Source: Gammaproteobacteria bacterium
Lineage (GTDB): Bacteria > Pseudomonadota > Gammaproteobacteria > Steroidobacterales > Foliamicaceae
DNA: 64,000 nucleotides
Direction of reading: 5' to 3'
NCBI GenBank assembly: GCA_965116895.1
Contig: OZ220729.1
Coordinates: forward strand, 2,344,857 to 2,408,856
This document shows, piece by piece, positions 1-11,300 of this stretch. A model generated the notes under the pieces. That model made no database searches and was not told where the DNA came from. It worked only from the letters and a program-made list of their open reading frames with translations. Both the position numbers and the translations under genes were made by a program. Numbering within the stretch: position 1 is the stretch's first letter; each line of letters begins with the position of its first letter.

Positions 1-112
1 TGGGCTTGGCGGGTCTGGTAGGGAACAAGGCATTGAACGACAATGCCCTGTGGGTTAGACCGATCCAGGCACCAAGAGAAAAAGACACGCTAAGCACTTT
101 TTTCTATACATA

Positions 113-160
113 CTGTTGACGATACACATTGCATGTGAGCTTCTTGTGTTCGTAGCCAAC
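113..160. repeat. Copy A of a ~45-bp conserved element (ctgTTGACgATACacATTgCATGTGAGctTCTTGTGTtcgTAGCCAac), directly after the LRR gene stop
   Basis: Aligned by eye to 2531..2575; about 37 identical positions plus one 3-nt indel. Confidence 0.6.
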
Positions 161-2490
161 TATCGAGTGTGGATGTCGTGAGAATGCAGGGAATTCGGGG
201 AAGGGACCTTGTGGCGCAACTGTTCTCCCCGTCCACGAACTTGCAGTCCGTCCGCAACCATTGGGTCCAGCGCCGAGAGATCGGCAATCCGGTTGAAGCC
301 AAACGAGAGTCGCAACAGTCCCGTCAGTCCAGCGAGCGGCCGAATGTCGTGGATACGATTGTTGTCAAGCTCCAACCACTGAAGCCGGACCAATCCGCCC
401 AGCGGCCGGAGGTCGGCGACGCGATTGAAACTCGCGTTCAGCCGCGTCAGCTCCGGCAGGCCGGAGAGCGGCACAAGACGCACGATCCGATTGCGCGAAA
501 TATCCAACTCCGACAAGTCGGTCAATCCACCCAGAGCCGCGAGACTTTCCACCCGATTGCCGGACACGTCCAGCCTCCGCAACGAGACCATACCGGCCAG
601 CGCGTCGAGCCGAACCAACCGGTTTTCGGAAACATCAAGGGATCTCAATTGCGTCAGGCCGACCAGCGGAACCAGGCTCTCGACCCGATTGCCGGACACG
701 TCCAGAATTTTGAGTTCCGCCAAGCTCGCCAAAGTGTCCAGACCGCCCACTTCGTTGTGCGAAATATTCAATTCTTCCAGTTGCACGAGGCCGCTCAGCG
801 GCGCGAGGTCGCGGATGCGATTCCCGGACAAGTCCGCAACCCGCAAACGGCTCAATGTCATAAGCGGTGAGAGGTCCGAAACGCGGTGGTTCGGGATCCT
901 GAGGACCTGCAGATTCCGGGCCTTTTCCAGACCGTCCAGCCGGTCGATGGTTCCGCCGTCCACTTTCACGCGCTTGAGGCGCTGCAGGAGAGCGTCTTCG
1001 TTGGCCGGCGTAAGCGTGGAGTTGAGCGCCGACTCGATGTGCGCGCGCAACGTGCCGTTGATAATCGCCGTGGACGACGATCCAGCGACGATCGAGAACC
1101 GCGCCGTCAATGCCGGGCCCGCTGTTCCACCTCCGCCCGGTTCCGGGTACGGCGTGATGGTGAGCGTGTAGTTGCCCGGGCGCAGCGTGAAACCGCTGCC
1201 GGACTCGCTGAGCAGATAGGGCGCATCTTCGGCCAACCGCTCGAGCGCCACGGGACCCTCCAGTGTCAGGCGCACGCTCTCGACCACCGCAGGGTCGGTC
1301 AGTTCCGCGCGCAGGTTCATGCGGCCGCCTGGCAGTTCCCTTGCATGCAATGAACGACCGTCCCAGATCGCCCGAGCGAACCGGTTTCCGTCCACGCTGA
1401 CGAGGGAAGCGCTCTCAACAATCGAGAGGGCGGGAAAAACGCTCCATAACACCCTCCCGAAACGTCCGCGAAAACGCCCCAATTCCTTGGTCAGCGCGCC
1501 ATCGTCCGCATCATGGGCGACGCGGACCATCTTGGGCTCGCGTCCCGTTGCCGGAACCGTATTGGACTCCGCAACAATCGTTCGGTACGGAAGCGTCTCG
1601 CCGTCCATTTGGAACCCCTCGACGGTGATCGTCAGGGCCGGCACGCGCTCTGCCGGAAACGGGCTGGGCAGACCGTAGATTTCCGCGAAGAGTACGTTTC
1701 CCTCCCCCAGTGCCAGCGTCGGCCCCGGAATGGCGAGCGCGCCGACGAATGTCGTGGTGTCCGCGTTCAGATCGGTGGCCTCCATGCGCACCCAGGTATG
1801 TTCGTAGCGGTCCCAGGCAAAGGCGATATCCTCCGCTTCGTAGTCAACCGGCAGCGGCGCGCCGTCGACGCGCCCGGATTGGCGCAGGCACAACCGATAA
1901 CGGCCCGCGTCCCAGGAAAAATCGTTTCGAACGCTGATGAAGTCGCGCTCGTGTCCGGAACTCTCGATGAGGCCACCCGGCGCCCGCATGATGGCGGCCG
2001 TGTCGCGCTCGCTCCAGCGCGAGAAGATCGCGCCGCGGCCGCTTCGGGTACGGTTGCCGTCAGCGTCCAGGCCGGTGATGGCGGTCTGTACGCCGCCATA
2101 GAACTGCAATTGATTGATCATGCCGTTGAACGGCGAGATATAAAGGTTGACATCCTCGCCCGCTTCGCCTTCGATCTGAAAGGTAGTGCAGAACGACTCA
2201 AAGGTCTCCGGCGCGCGATCGAATGTCACGCGCACGTTGGTCAGATGCCAGGGCGTCGTAACCGTGGTATCCGGAGGCAACTGCGGGCCATCGGTATACA
2301 CAGGCCGCGTCACAGGTGGAAGAATCGTGGTCACGACCTCGTCCGCAACGATGGCTCCATCGTCGTCCGCATTGGCGAGAGGCGGAACGTTCGCCGGTGC
2401 GGACGGCGACGTACCGCCCCCGCATCCAACCAACGCGAGGGAAATGGCAATACTGCATAGCACGAACGGAAAAAAGCGAAACGCGCCCAC
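160..2490 (-). CDS. Leucine-rich-repeat lipoprotein (~776 aa): lipobox signal peptide, ~560-aa region of unknown fold, ten 22-aa LRRs at the C-terminus
   Basis: Frame of ORF 160..2868(-). The first 126 codons of that ORF are antisense to the kinase gene, so the start is placed at GTG 2490, giving VGAFRFFPFVLCSIAISLALVGC (hydrophobic core plus L-V-G-C lipobox). C-terminal units of type LxxLxxLxxLDVSGNRVESL recur every 22 aa. Confidence 0.75.
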   Translation of the reverse strand: MGAFRFFPFVLCSIAISLALVGCGGGTSPSAPANVPPLANADDDGAIVADEVVTTILPPVTRPVYTDGPQLPPDTTVTTPWHLTNVRVTFDRAPETFESFCTTFQIEGEAGEDVNLYISPFNGMINQLQFYGGVQTAITGLDADGNRTRSGRGAIFSRWSERDTAAIMRAPGGLIESSGHERDFISVRNDFSWDAGRYRLCLRQSGRVDGAPLPVDYEAEDIAFAWDRYEHTWVRMEATDLNADTTTFVGALAIPGPTLALGEGNVLFAEIYGLPSPFPAERVPALTITVEGFQMDGETLPYRTIVAESNTVPATGREPKMVRVAHDADDGALTKELGRFRGRFGRVLWSVFPALSIVESASLVSVDGNRFARAIWDGRSLHARELPGGRMNLRAELTDPAVVESVRLTLEGPVALERLAEDAPYLLSESGSGFTLRPGNYTLTITPYPEPGGGGTAGPALTARFSIVAGSSSTAIINGTLRAHIESALNSTLTPANEDALLQRLKRVKVDGGTIDRLDGLEKARNLQVLRIPNHRVSDLSPLMTLSRLRVADLSGNRIRDLAPLSGLVQLEELNISHNEVGGLDTLASLAELKILDVSGNRVESLVPLVGLTQLRSLDVSENRLVRLDALAGMVSLRRLDVSGNRVESLAALGGLTDLSELDISRNRIVRLVPLSGLPELTRLNASFNRVADLRPLGGLVRLQWLELDNNRIHDIRPLAGLTGLLRLSFGFNRIADLSALDPMVADGLQVRGRGEQLRHKVPSPNSLHSHDIHTR

Positions 2491-2530
2491 TTGAGGAACC
2501 TGCACAGTATGAGAAAAGATATGCGAGGCG

Positions 2531-2575
2531 CTATTGACTATACGAATTACATGTGAGTATCTTGTGTAGCCATCC
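2531..2575. repeat. Copy B of the ~45-bp conserved element, in the divergent intergenic region between the LRR gene and the kinase gene; contains TTGACT-17nt-(TGa)GTATCT, a possible promoter toward the kinase
   Basis: ctaTTGACtATACgaATTaCATGTGAGtaTCTTGTGTTAGCCAtc aligns with 113..160. The promoter reading is a hexamer match only. Confidence 0.5.
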
Positions 2576-2580
2576 ACTTT

Positions 2581-4935
2581 TTGTGTGTACGAACTGTGAA
2601 CAGGGAAATTGACGGAAAGATCCAGGCGCTTGAAGAGCGGATTTCGCAACTGACCGCGGCGATCCTGCGCATCAGCCAGAGCCTGGATCTGAGAACGGTA
2701 CTGCAGGAGGTGGTCGACAGCGCCTGTGCGCTGACGGGCGCGCGATACGGCGCGATCGTTGCGATCGACGAGGCGCGCGAAGCAATCGAGTATGTGATTT
2801 CCGGGTTGACCGACGAGGAACAGCGCCAGTTCGCCGATTGGCCCGACGGTCCCCGGATGTTTGCGCATCTCCGCGACCTGCCGGGACCGCTACGGATCAC
2901 GGACCTGCCGGGCTACGTGTCCAAGCGCGGCTTTTCGCCGGAGTTGATGCGTTCCAAGTCTCTGCAGGCGATACCCATGCGCCACCGCGGCGAGCAAGTT
3001 GGCAATTTCTTCGTGGCCGAAAAGACGGGCACTACGAACTTCACGGACGAGGACGAGGAGTTACTGATGCTGTTCGCCGCCCAGGCGGCGACTGCGATCG
3101 CCAACGCGCGCACCTACCGCGACGAGCAGCGCGCACGGGCCGATCTGGAAGCGCTCGTGGAGACCTCGCCCGTGGGCGTGGTGGTGTTGGATGCCAGGAC
3201 CGGACGGCCGATGTCGTTGAACCAGGAAGCGAAACGAATTACAGAAGGCCTCCGCTTGCCGGACCGCTCGCTGGAGCAACTGCTCGAAGTAATCACCTTC
3301 CGGCGCGCGGACGGACGCGAGTTCTCGCTCAGCGAGTTGCCGATCACACAAAGTCTGATCGATGCCGAGACCGTGCGCGCCGAGGAAATCGTGCTGTCGG
3401 TGCCTGACGGCCGGAGCGTAGCCGTGCTGGTGAACGCAACGCCGATCCGGTCACCCGAGAACGAGGTCATATCGGTTGTCATTGTTATGCAGGATCTGGC
3501 GCCGCTCAAGGAACTGGATCGCCAGCGATCGGAGTTCCTGAGCCTGGTGAGCCACGAGTTGCGCGCGCCGCTGGCCGCCATCAAGGGCTCGACCGCCATC
3601 TTGCTGGACGCTTCGCCTGAACCGGGTACTGTCGAGAACGAACCGTTCTTTCGCGTGATCGACGAGCAGGTGGATCAGATGCACCGGCTGATAAGCGACC
3701 TGCTCGATGTCGGCCGTATCGAAGCGGGGATGCTGTCCGTGTTCCCCGTGCCCACTGACTTGACGGCGATCGTGGAACAAGCGCGCAACGCGTTTCTGAA
3801 CGGCGGCAGCACCCAGGCGATCCTGATCGATCTTCCGCACGACCTGCCTCCCGTACAGGCGGACGGACGGCGCATAGTACAAGTGCTGAACAACCTCCTG
3901 GCCAACGCCGCCCGGCACTCGACCGGACCTTCCCCCATCCGGGTTGCGGCCGTTCGGGATGGACTGCACGTGGCGGTCTCGGTAGCCGACGAGGGCCGTG
4001 GCATTCCACCGGAGCAGTTGCCGCACCTGTTTCGCAAATACGCGGGCAACGAGGCCGGGAATGCGCAGCGGGGCGCGCAGGGAACCGGCTTGGGTTTGTC
4101 CATCTGCAAGGGCATCGTGGAGGCCCACGGTGGGCGCATCTGGGCCGAGAGCGGTGGAGCGAATCAGGGTGCGCGATTCAGTTTTACGTTGATTGCGGCG
4201 GACGAAGCGAGCAGGGCGGCCGACACCGGACAGAGTCGATCAGGCTCCGTCAAGGGCGCGGACCCTCGCGTGCCCATTCTGGCGTTGGATGACGATGCGC
4301 AAACGCTTCGCTTCGTTCGGGAAGTGCTCATCCGTTCGGGATACTCCGCAACGGTAACGTCCGACCACCGGGATCTGTCCCGCCTGATCCTGGCGAACAA
4401 ACCCCAGCTGATCCTCATGGACCTGGTGCTGCGGGACGCCGACGGCATCGAACTGCTCAAAACCGTTCCCGAGATTGCGGATCTGCCGGTTATCTTCATC
4501 TCCGCTTACGGCAGGGACGAGACGATCGCCAAGGCTTTGGAGAGCGGCGCGGTCGACTACCTCGTCAAGCCCTTCTCCGCAACCGAACTCACTGCGAGAA
4601 TCCGGGCAGCGCTGCGCGCACGGGCCGAGCCACCGAAGTTCACCCTCGGCGACCTAACGATCCGCTACGAGCAGCGGCGTGTGACTCTTGGCGAGCAGGA
4701 CTTGCGTCTGACCCCCAGCGAGTATGAACTGCTGCGCGTTCTCTCAATCAACTCCGGGCGATGCGTGACCTTTGATGCCCTGATCCGCCAGATGTGGAAA
4801 CGGCCCGGCGCCGGCAACTCCGGCTGCGTACGCACCTTTGTCAAGCAGTTGCGCCGCAAGCTCGGCGATGATCCCCAACGACCTCGCTACATCGTCAACG
4901 AGCGCGGTGTGGGCTACCGCATGGCCGATGCGTGA
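2581..4935 (+). CDS. Soluble hybrid sensor histidine kinase fused to a complete OmpR-type response regulator (GAF-PAS-HisKA-HATPase-REC-winged helix)
   Basis: H-box SHELRAPL, N-box NLLANAARH, G-boxes DEGRGI and GTGLGLSI. REC motifs LALDDD, LILMDLVLRDADG and VDYLVKPF. wHTH motifs LTPSEYELLRVL, VKQLRRKLGDD and GVGYRM. No hydrophobic TM segment is visible. Start is TTG 2581 or GTG 2596. Confidence 0.85.
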   Translation: MCVRTVNREIDGKIQALEERISQLTAAILRISQSLDLRTVLQEVVDSACALTGARYGAIVAIDEAREAIEYVISGLTDEEQRQFADWPDGPRMFAHLRDLPGPLRITDLPGYVSKRGFSPELMRSKSLQAIPMRHRGEQVGNFFVAEKTGTTNFTDEDEELLMLFAAQAATAIANARTYRDEQRARADLEALVETSPVGVVVLDARTGRPMSLNQEAKRITEGLRLPDRSLEQLLEVITFRRADGREFSLSELPITQSLIDAETVRAEEIVLSVPDGRSVAVLVNATPIRSPENEVISVVIVMQDLAPLKELDRQRSEFLSLVSHELRAPLAAIKGSTAILLDASPEPGTVENEPFFRVIDEQVDQMHRLISDLLDVGRIEAGMLSVFPVPTDLTAIVEQARNAFLNGGSTQAILIDLPHDLPPVQADGRRIVQVLNNLLANAARHSTGPSPIRVAAVRDGLHVAVSVADEGRGIPPEQLPHLFRKYAGNEAGNAQRGAQGTGLGLSICKGIVEAHGGRIWAESGGANQGARFSFTLIAADEASRAADTGQSRSGSVKGADPRVPILALDDDAQTLRFVREVLIRSGYSATVTSDHRDLSRLILANKPQLILMDLVLRDADGIELLKTVPEIADLPVIFISAYGRDETIAKALESGAVDYLVKPFSATELTARIRAALRARAEPPKFTLGDLTIRYEQRRVTLGEQDLRLTPSEYELLRVLSINSGRCVTFDALIRQMWKRPGAGNSGCVRTFVKQLRRKLGDDPQRPRYIVNERGVGYRMADA

Positions 4936-5828
4936 ACGGTCAATTTACGCAGCGTGGCCGCAAGGGTTCGGAAGTCATTTGTCCTCAATGACGAGTGGCG
5001 CCACGCCAATCCGATCTGACGCGACGCGGGAACCGCAAGCCGCGAGAGGGAGATCCCCGTTTTCTCGATGATCCCGGCTTCAATGGCGAGCCGCGGTATG
5101 AGAGTGACGCCGATCCCCGCCGCCACCAACTGCACCAGCGTATGCAGGCTGCTGGCCTCGAACTGTTCCCGTACGCGCATGTCGCCGATGCCGCACACAT
5201 CCAGCGCATGACCCCGCAGACAGTGACCTTCCTCCAATAACAGGAGCCTTTCGCGCGCCAGCGCTTCGCGCGGAATTTCTTCGCTGCCGGACAGCGCGTG
5301 TTGCCGGTTGCAAGCGAACAGAAATTCATCCTCGCCGACGACCTCAATCTCCAGAGTCCCCGTTTCGTACGGCAGTGCAATCAACGCCACGTCCAGTTCT
5401 CCATCGTCCAATCGGGCGAGTAGCGTGGCCGTCTGTTCCTCGCTCAGGTAGATCGTCAGTTCCGGGAAACGTTCCCGCAACACCGGCAGGATGCGCGGCA
5501 GGAGGAACGGGCCGATCGTCGGGATCACCCCGAGACGCATGTCGCCGGTCATCGGGGACCGTCCGGCTCTCGCCAGGTCCATGATCTCTTCGGCTTCGCG
5601 CAACAGCGTCTTGGCTCTCCCGGCGATCTGCACCCCCACGCGGGTCATTCGCACGTGGCGGTTCGAGCGCTCCGCAACCGCCGTTTCGAGCACCGACTCC
5701 AGATCGCGGATCCCCGCGCTGAACGTCGATTGCGTGACGAAGCAACGCTGCGCTGCGCGGCCGAAATGTTGGGTGTCCGCCAGCGCGACCAGGTATTGCA
5801 ACTGCTTCATCGTGGGTACGCGTTTCAT
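4914..5828 (-). CDS. oxyR: LysR-family peroxide-sensing regulator OxyR
   Basis: C-terminal 304 codons of ORF 4914..8159(-). N-terminal HTH MKQLQYLVALADTQHFGRAA. Redox pair GHCLRGHALDVC has the spacing of OxyR C199/C208. Divergent from katG. An alternative start is ATG 5810. Confidence 0.85.
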   Translation of the reverse strand: MKRVPTMKQLQYLVALADTQHFGRAAQRCFVTQSTFSAGIRDLESVLETAVAERSNRHVRMTRVGVQIAGRAKTLLREAEEIMDLARAGRSPMTGDMRLGVIPTIGPFLLPRILPVLRERFPELTIYLSEEQTATLLARLDDGELDVALIALPYETGTLEIEVVGEDEFLFACNRQHALSGSEEIPREALARERLLLLEEGHCLRGHALDVCGIGDMRVREQFEASSLHTLVQLVAAGIGVTLIPRLAIEAGIIEKTGISLSRLAVPASRQIGLAWRHSSLRTNDFRTLAATLRKLTVHASAMR

Positions 5829-5849
5829 CGGTTGTCCCTTGGACCAATA

Positions 5850-5864
5850 ATCGATAATTACGAT
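5850..5864. promoter_or_regulatory. Putative LysR/OxyR T-N11-A box ATCGATAATTACGAT in the oxyR-katG intergenic region
   Basis: Dyad ATCG-N7-CGAT lies between the divergent oxyR and katG starts. The katG SD AAAGGAGG is at about 5947. Confidence 0.4.
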
Positions 5865-5924
5865 CATGATATCCGAAAATAATCGTTTTACACGAAGGTA
5901 AGTGCGAACTATTCTCTGCGTTAA

Positions 5925-8153
<2,229 letters not shown>

Positions 8154-8161
8154 TTGCAAGA

Positions 8162-8199
8162 GCGAAGGTCCCCGGAGAGAGCGCCCCGGGGACCTTCGC
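8162..8199 (+). terminator. 14-bp-stem hairpin after katG (GCGAAGGTCCCCGG...CCGGGGACCTTCGC), no U-tract
   Basis: Perfect inverted repeat read directly, 9 nt after the katG stop. Confidence 0.5.
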
Positions 8200-8307
8200 C
8201 AACAGTATGGCCAGCTCTTGATCGCCTGGCGCCCGGCCAGTTCTATTCTGAAGTCTTTCGCAACGTCCTTGCGATTCTGCAGCTGTCAACCGAAATACAT
8301 AAGCCCC

Positions 8308-8341
8308 AAAAAAAGCGAGGCGGGCATGTAGCCCGCCTCGC
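8308..8341 (-). terminator. Intrinsic terminator of giant gene A (GCGAGGCGGGC-tacat-GCCCGCCTCGC followed by T7 on the minus strand)
   Basis: 11-bp perfect stem plus a run of 7 T on the transcribed strand, 24 nt after the stop. A near-identical copy is at 17695..17726. Confidence 0.8.
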
Positions 8342-8364
8342 TGCAACGTTAAGTTGCTGTTGGA

Positions 8365-11300
8365 TCAGGCGATATCGAGACCGTCGTCGATCACGAGCAT
8401 GAAGTCTTCGAGCAGGTCCTGTTCGAAGGTGTCCATGTTGTCGACAAAGTCCTCGATGATCCCGCCGAGCGACCCTCCCGGAGGCGGAGGCGGGGCGCCG
8501 CCATCGGTGTCGCCGTCGTTGCTACTGCCGTTTTCATCGTCTTCCCTTTCGTCCGGGTCGGTGGTTTCGTCATCCATCAGGCCGGGCACGTCGGTCGGCG
8601 TCGCAGCCGGCGGTTCGGTAACGTCGCCATTAGCCCTGGTGACATCGGTGACCGTAATCGTGAGCTTGACCGGAGCCGGCGTGGCCAGACCCTCGCTATC
8701 GGTTGCCGTGAGGGTAAGCACGATGGTGGGATCGCGATCGGCATTCTCCACCTCATAGTCCAGCATCGCGCCTGGCTTCAGACGCACCTCCCAGGTGCTG
8801 CCGTCTTTGTCGTCGTCCGTCCTGGTGCCGTTGGCCGCATTGGTGTGGGTGTGCGTGATCATGAACCGATCATCGTCAACAGTGACCGTGTGCGTCCCGA
8901 ACTTGTGCGTCTCGGAGTTCTGATCCTGAACATCCACCCGCGCAATGAACATGCCACCGGGAGGGGCACGCCCAGGAAGCTCGTCAATGTTGATGGCGGC
9001 GGCCGTCGTCCCGGTGCCGTCCGCTGCATTATTGAAGTTGATGCCTGTGGGGGCCACGTTGATCCGGACGTTCACAGCTGCCGTCTGAGCATCCGTGTCA
9101 GAGTTGCTACTACTGCTATTGCCGTCGGGGTCTGTGGCGGTGATATTCAGCGTAATGACGTTGCCCGCGCCATCATCAGCGGGGGTGCCAGAATTGTCGT
9201 GTCCCTGGTAAACGTCACTGTTGTAGGTGAGCTTTCCGGTGCTCGCCTCAAACACCAGCACGCCGCCTGGGGAGTTGGCTCCGTCGAACACATACGTGGT
9301 GCCCGTTACGGTGGGGGTTCCCAAGCCCGAAGCAGAATCCGCAGCAACCGTGTAGGTCAAGCTGGCGCTGTCGGGGTCCTGGAACAGGCTGGCCAGCGGA
9401 ACGATCTCCGTGTGCGAGAGATTGTGTCCCGCTTTGTTGGCGTCGGCGGGCGGGGTCCGGGCCGGCGCGTGTCCGGGAGCGTCGACGCTGATCTCGATAT
9501 TGTGGTCGTCCACCGCGTGTGGAGTAGCGCCCGTCCCTGTCGTGCCGCCGCCAATCGTCTCCCCGTCCGTGGCGACAATCGCCGTCACGCCCGGATTGTC
9601 GTCGTCCGTGCTGCGGTAGGAAACCAGCGCCCGGACCGTATCGCCGGCATGCGCCGACGTGAGGGTCAGGCTTCCGGTGGCGCCAGGAATGTCCACCCAA
9701 TCGGTTCCGATCCGCTCCTGCCACTGCACCGACGTGTCGCGCACGTTGACGCTCAGCGTGCCGCCCGGGAAGGGGTTGCCGGTAATCGTCGGTGCGGTCG
9801 TTGCTCCGTCGGTTACATCGGAAACCTGGATCGCGTCGCTGTAGATGCTCTCCGTCTCCGTACCCGCACGCGTACCGTTCGCGTCGTAGCTCACGACCGC
9901 ACGGTAGTACTTGCCTTTGCCGTCGTCCAGCTCCAGCGTTGCCGTCTCGGTGTCATCTCCCTCGTCCACGGGTTCCCATCCGCCGCGCCCGTTGTCGGAC
10001 ATCTCCCAAGAAACGGTCAGATCAGCCAGGTTCGTGTCCGGCACCAATGCGGGGGAATAATCCCCGTCGGTAATGCGCACATTGACATCCGTAACGCTCA
10101 ATACATTGTTGTCGGCAAGGACCGTGATGCTTCCCGCACCCTTGTCGGGCGTGTCGGTCACCATCCGTGTGGTTGTCGCCTGGTTGAGCACGGTAGTGCT
10201 GGTCGTATCGAATCCGACAAGCTGGCCTGTGGTTCCGGCTGTGGTTGCGTCTGCCCCAACCTCGTAGTACTTGACCTTGACCGTGATGTATTTGTTGACA
10301 TCGGCCTGGGTGAGCGTATAGGAATTGCTGGTGCTCTGACGGAACGGGGTCGTCGCGTCGGACGCATTGGCCTCGTCCCCCCGGAACCACTGGTACAGCA
10401 CCAGCGCGGGCATCGCGTCGCCGCGGAGATCGGGGTCCCTGTCGTCGTTGAAGGTGGCCCGCAACGTGGCACCCTCACGAGCGCTGCCGCTCACCGAGAC
10501 GGCGTTGGTGGGATTCAGGTTCTCGTCGGTGACGGGGACCTTGTAGGTCTTGCTGCCCGTTGCTCCGCGCCTGTCGCTCGCCATGAGCGTGAAGCTGATG
10601 TCGTCGTCCTGGCCATCGTTCCGTCCGGTGCGGTCGATCTCGATGATGACCACCCAATCGTCTAGGGCCGGCGGGGTCGCATCATCGCCGATTACTACGG
10701 CGGTCTGGTCACCCGGGGGGTCGTTCCAGGTCACGTCATCATCTATATCGCCCCATTCATCCGGTCCTTGCAGAATCTTGATCCCGGGACCATCAACATC
10801 CGCCTTGAAGGACCTCACATTCAAATCGTTCTCCGGATCACTCCAGATGTCCTCCAGCTTGATGTACAGGACTTCCTTTTGTCCCTCCGACTGGTTGACG
10901 CCGTAGGGGCCGTGCGTATTGGCGGTGCCAATATCCTCGGCCGTCGGTTTTTCATTAACGGGATCAACGACAACGCGAATATCCTGGGTTCTCGTGGCTC
11001 CCACGCCATCGGTGGCCGTGATCGTGACAATGACCCGATTGATGGTCTCGTGGTTCAAAATTGCTGTCGTGTCGTGGCTGGGGCCGCTCGTGGCCGGATT
11101 CGTGTCCTTGACCAGCAGGTCGTAGGTCCACGTGTCACCGCTCTTCCTGGGCTGGGACAACTGGAAAGCCGATACGTAATCATCATCCGAGTCAGCTGCC
11201 GCAACATCAATAACCAAGTCATCCGTGCCAGCGTCCTGAAAATCGACCACAATTTGTGTAATGGTCACGGTTTCCAGCGCGAACGGATGGTGGCCCAGGT

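Noticed and set aside
169-1171. Plus-strand ORFs of 233 and 248 aa
   Set aside because: They are antisense to the LRR repeats. Their apparent periodicity only mirrors the 66-bp LRR repeat on the other strand.
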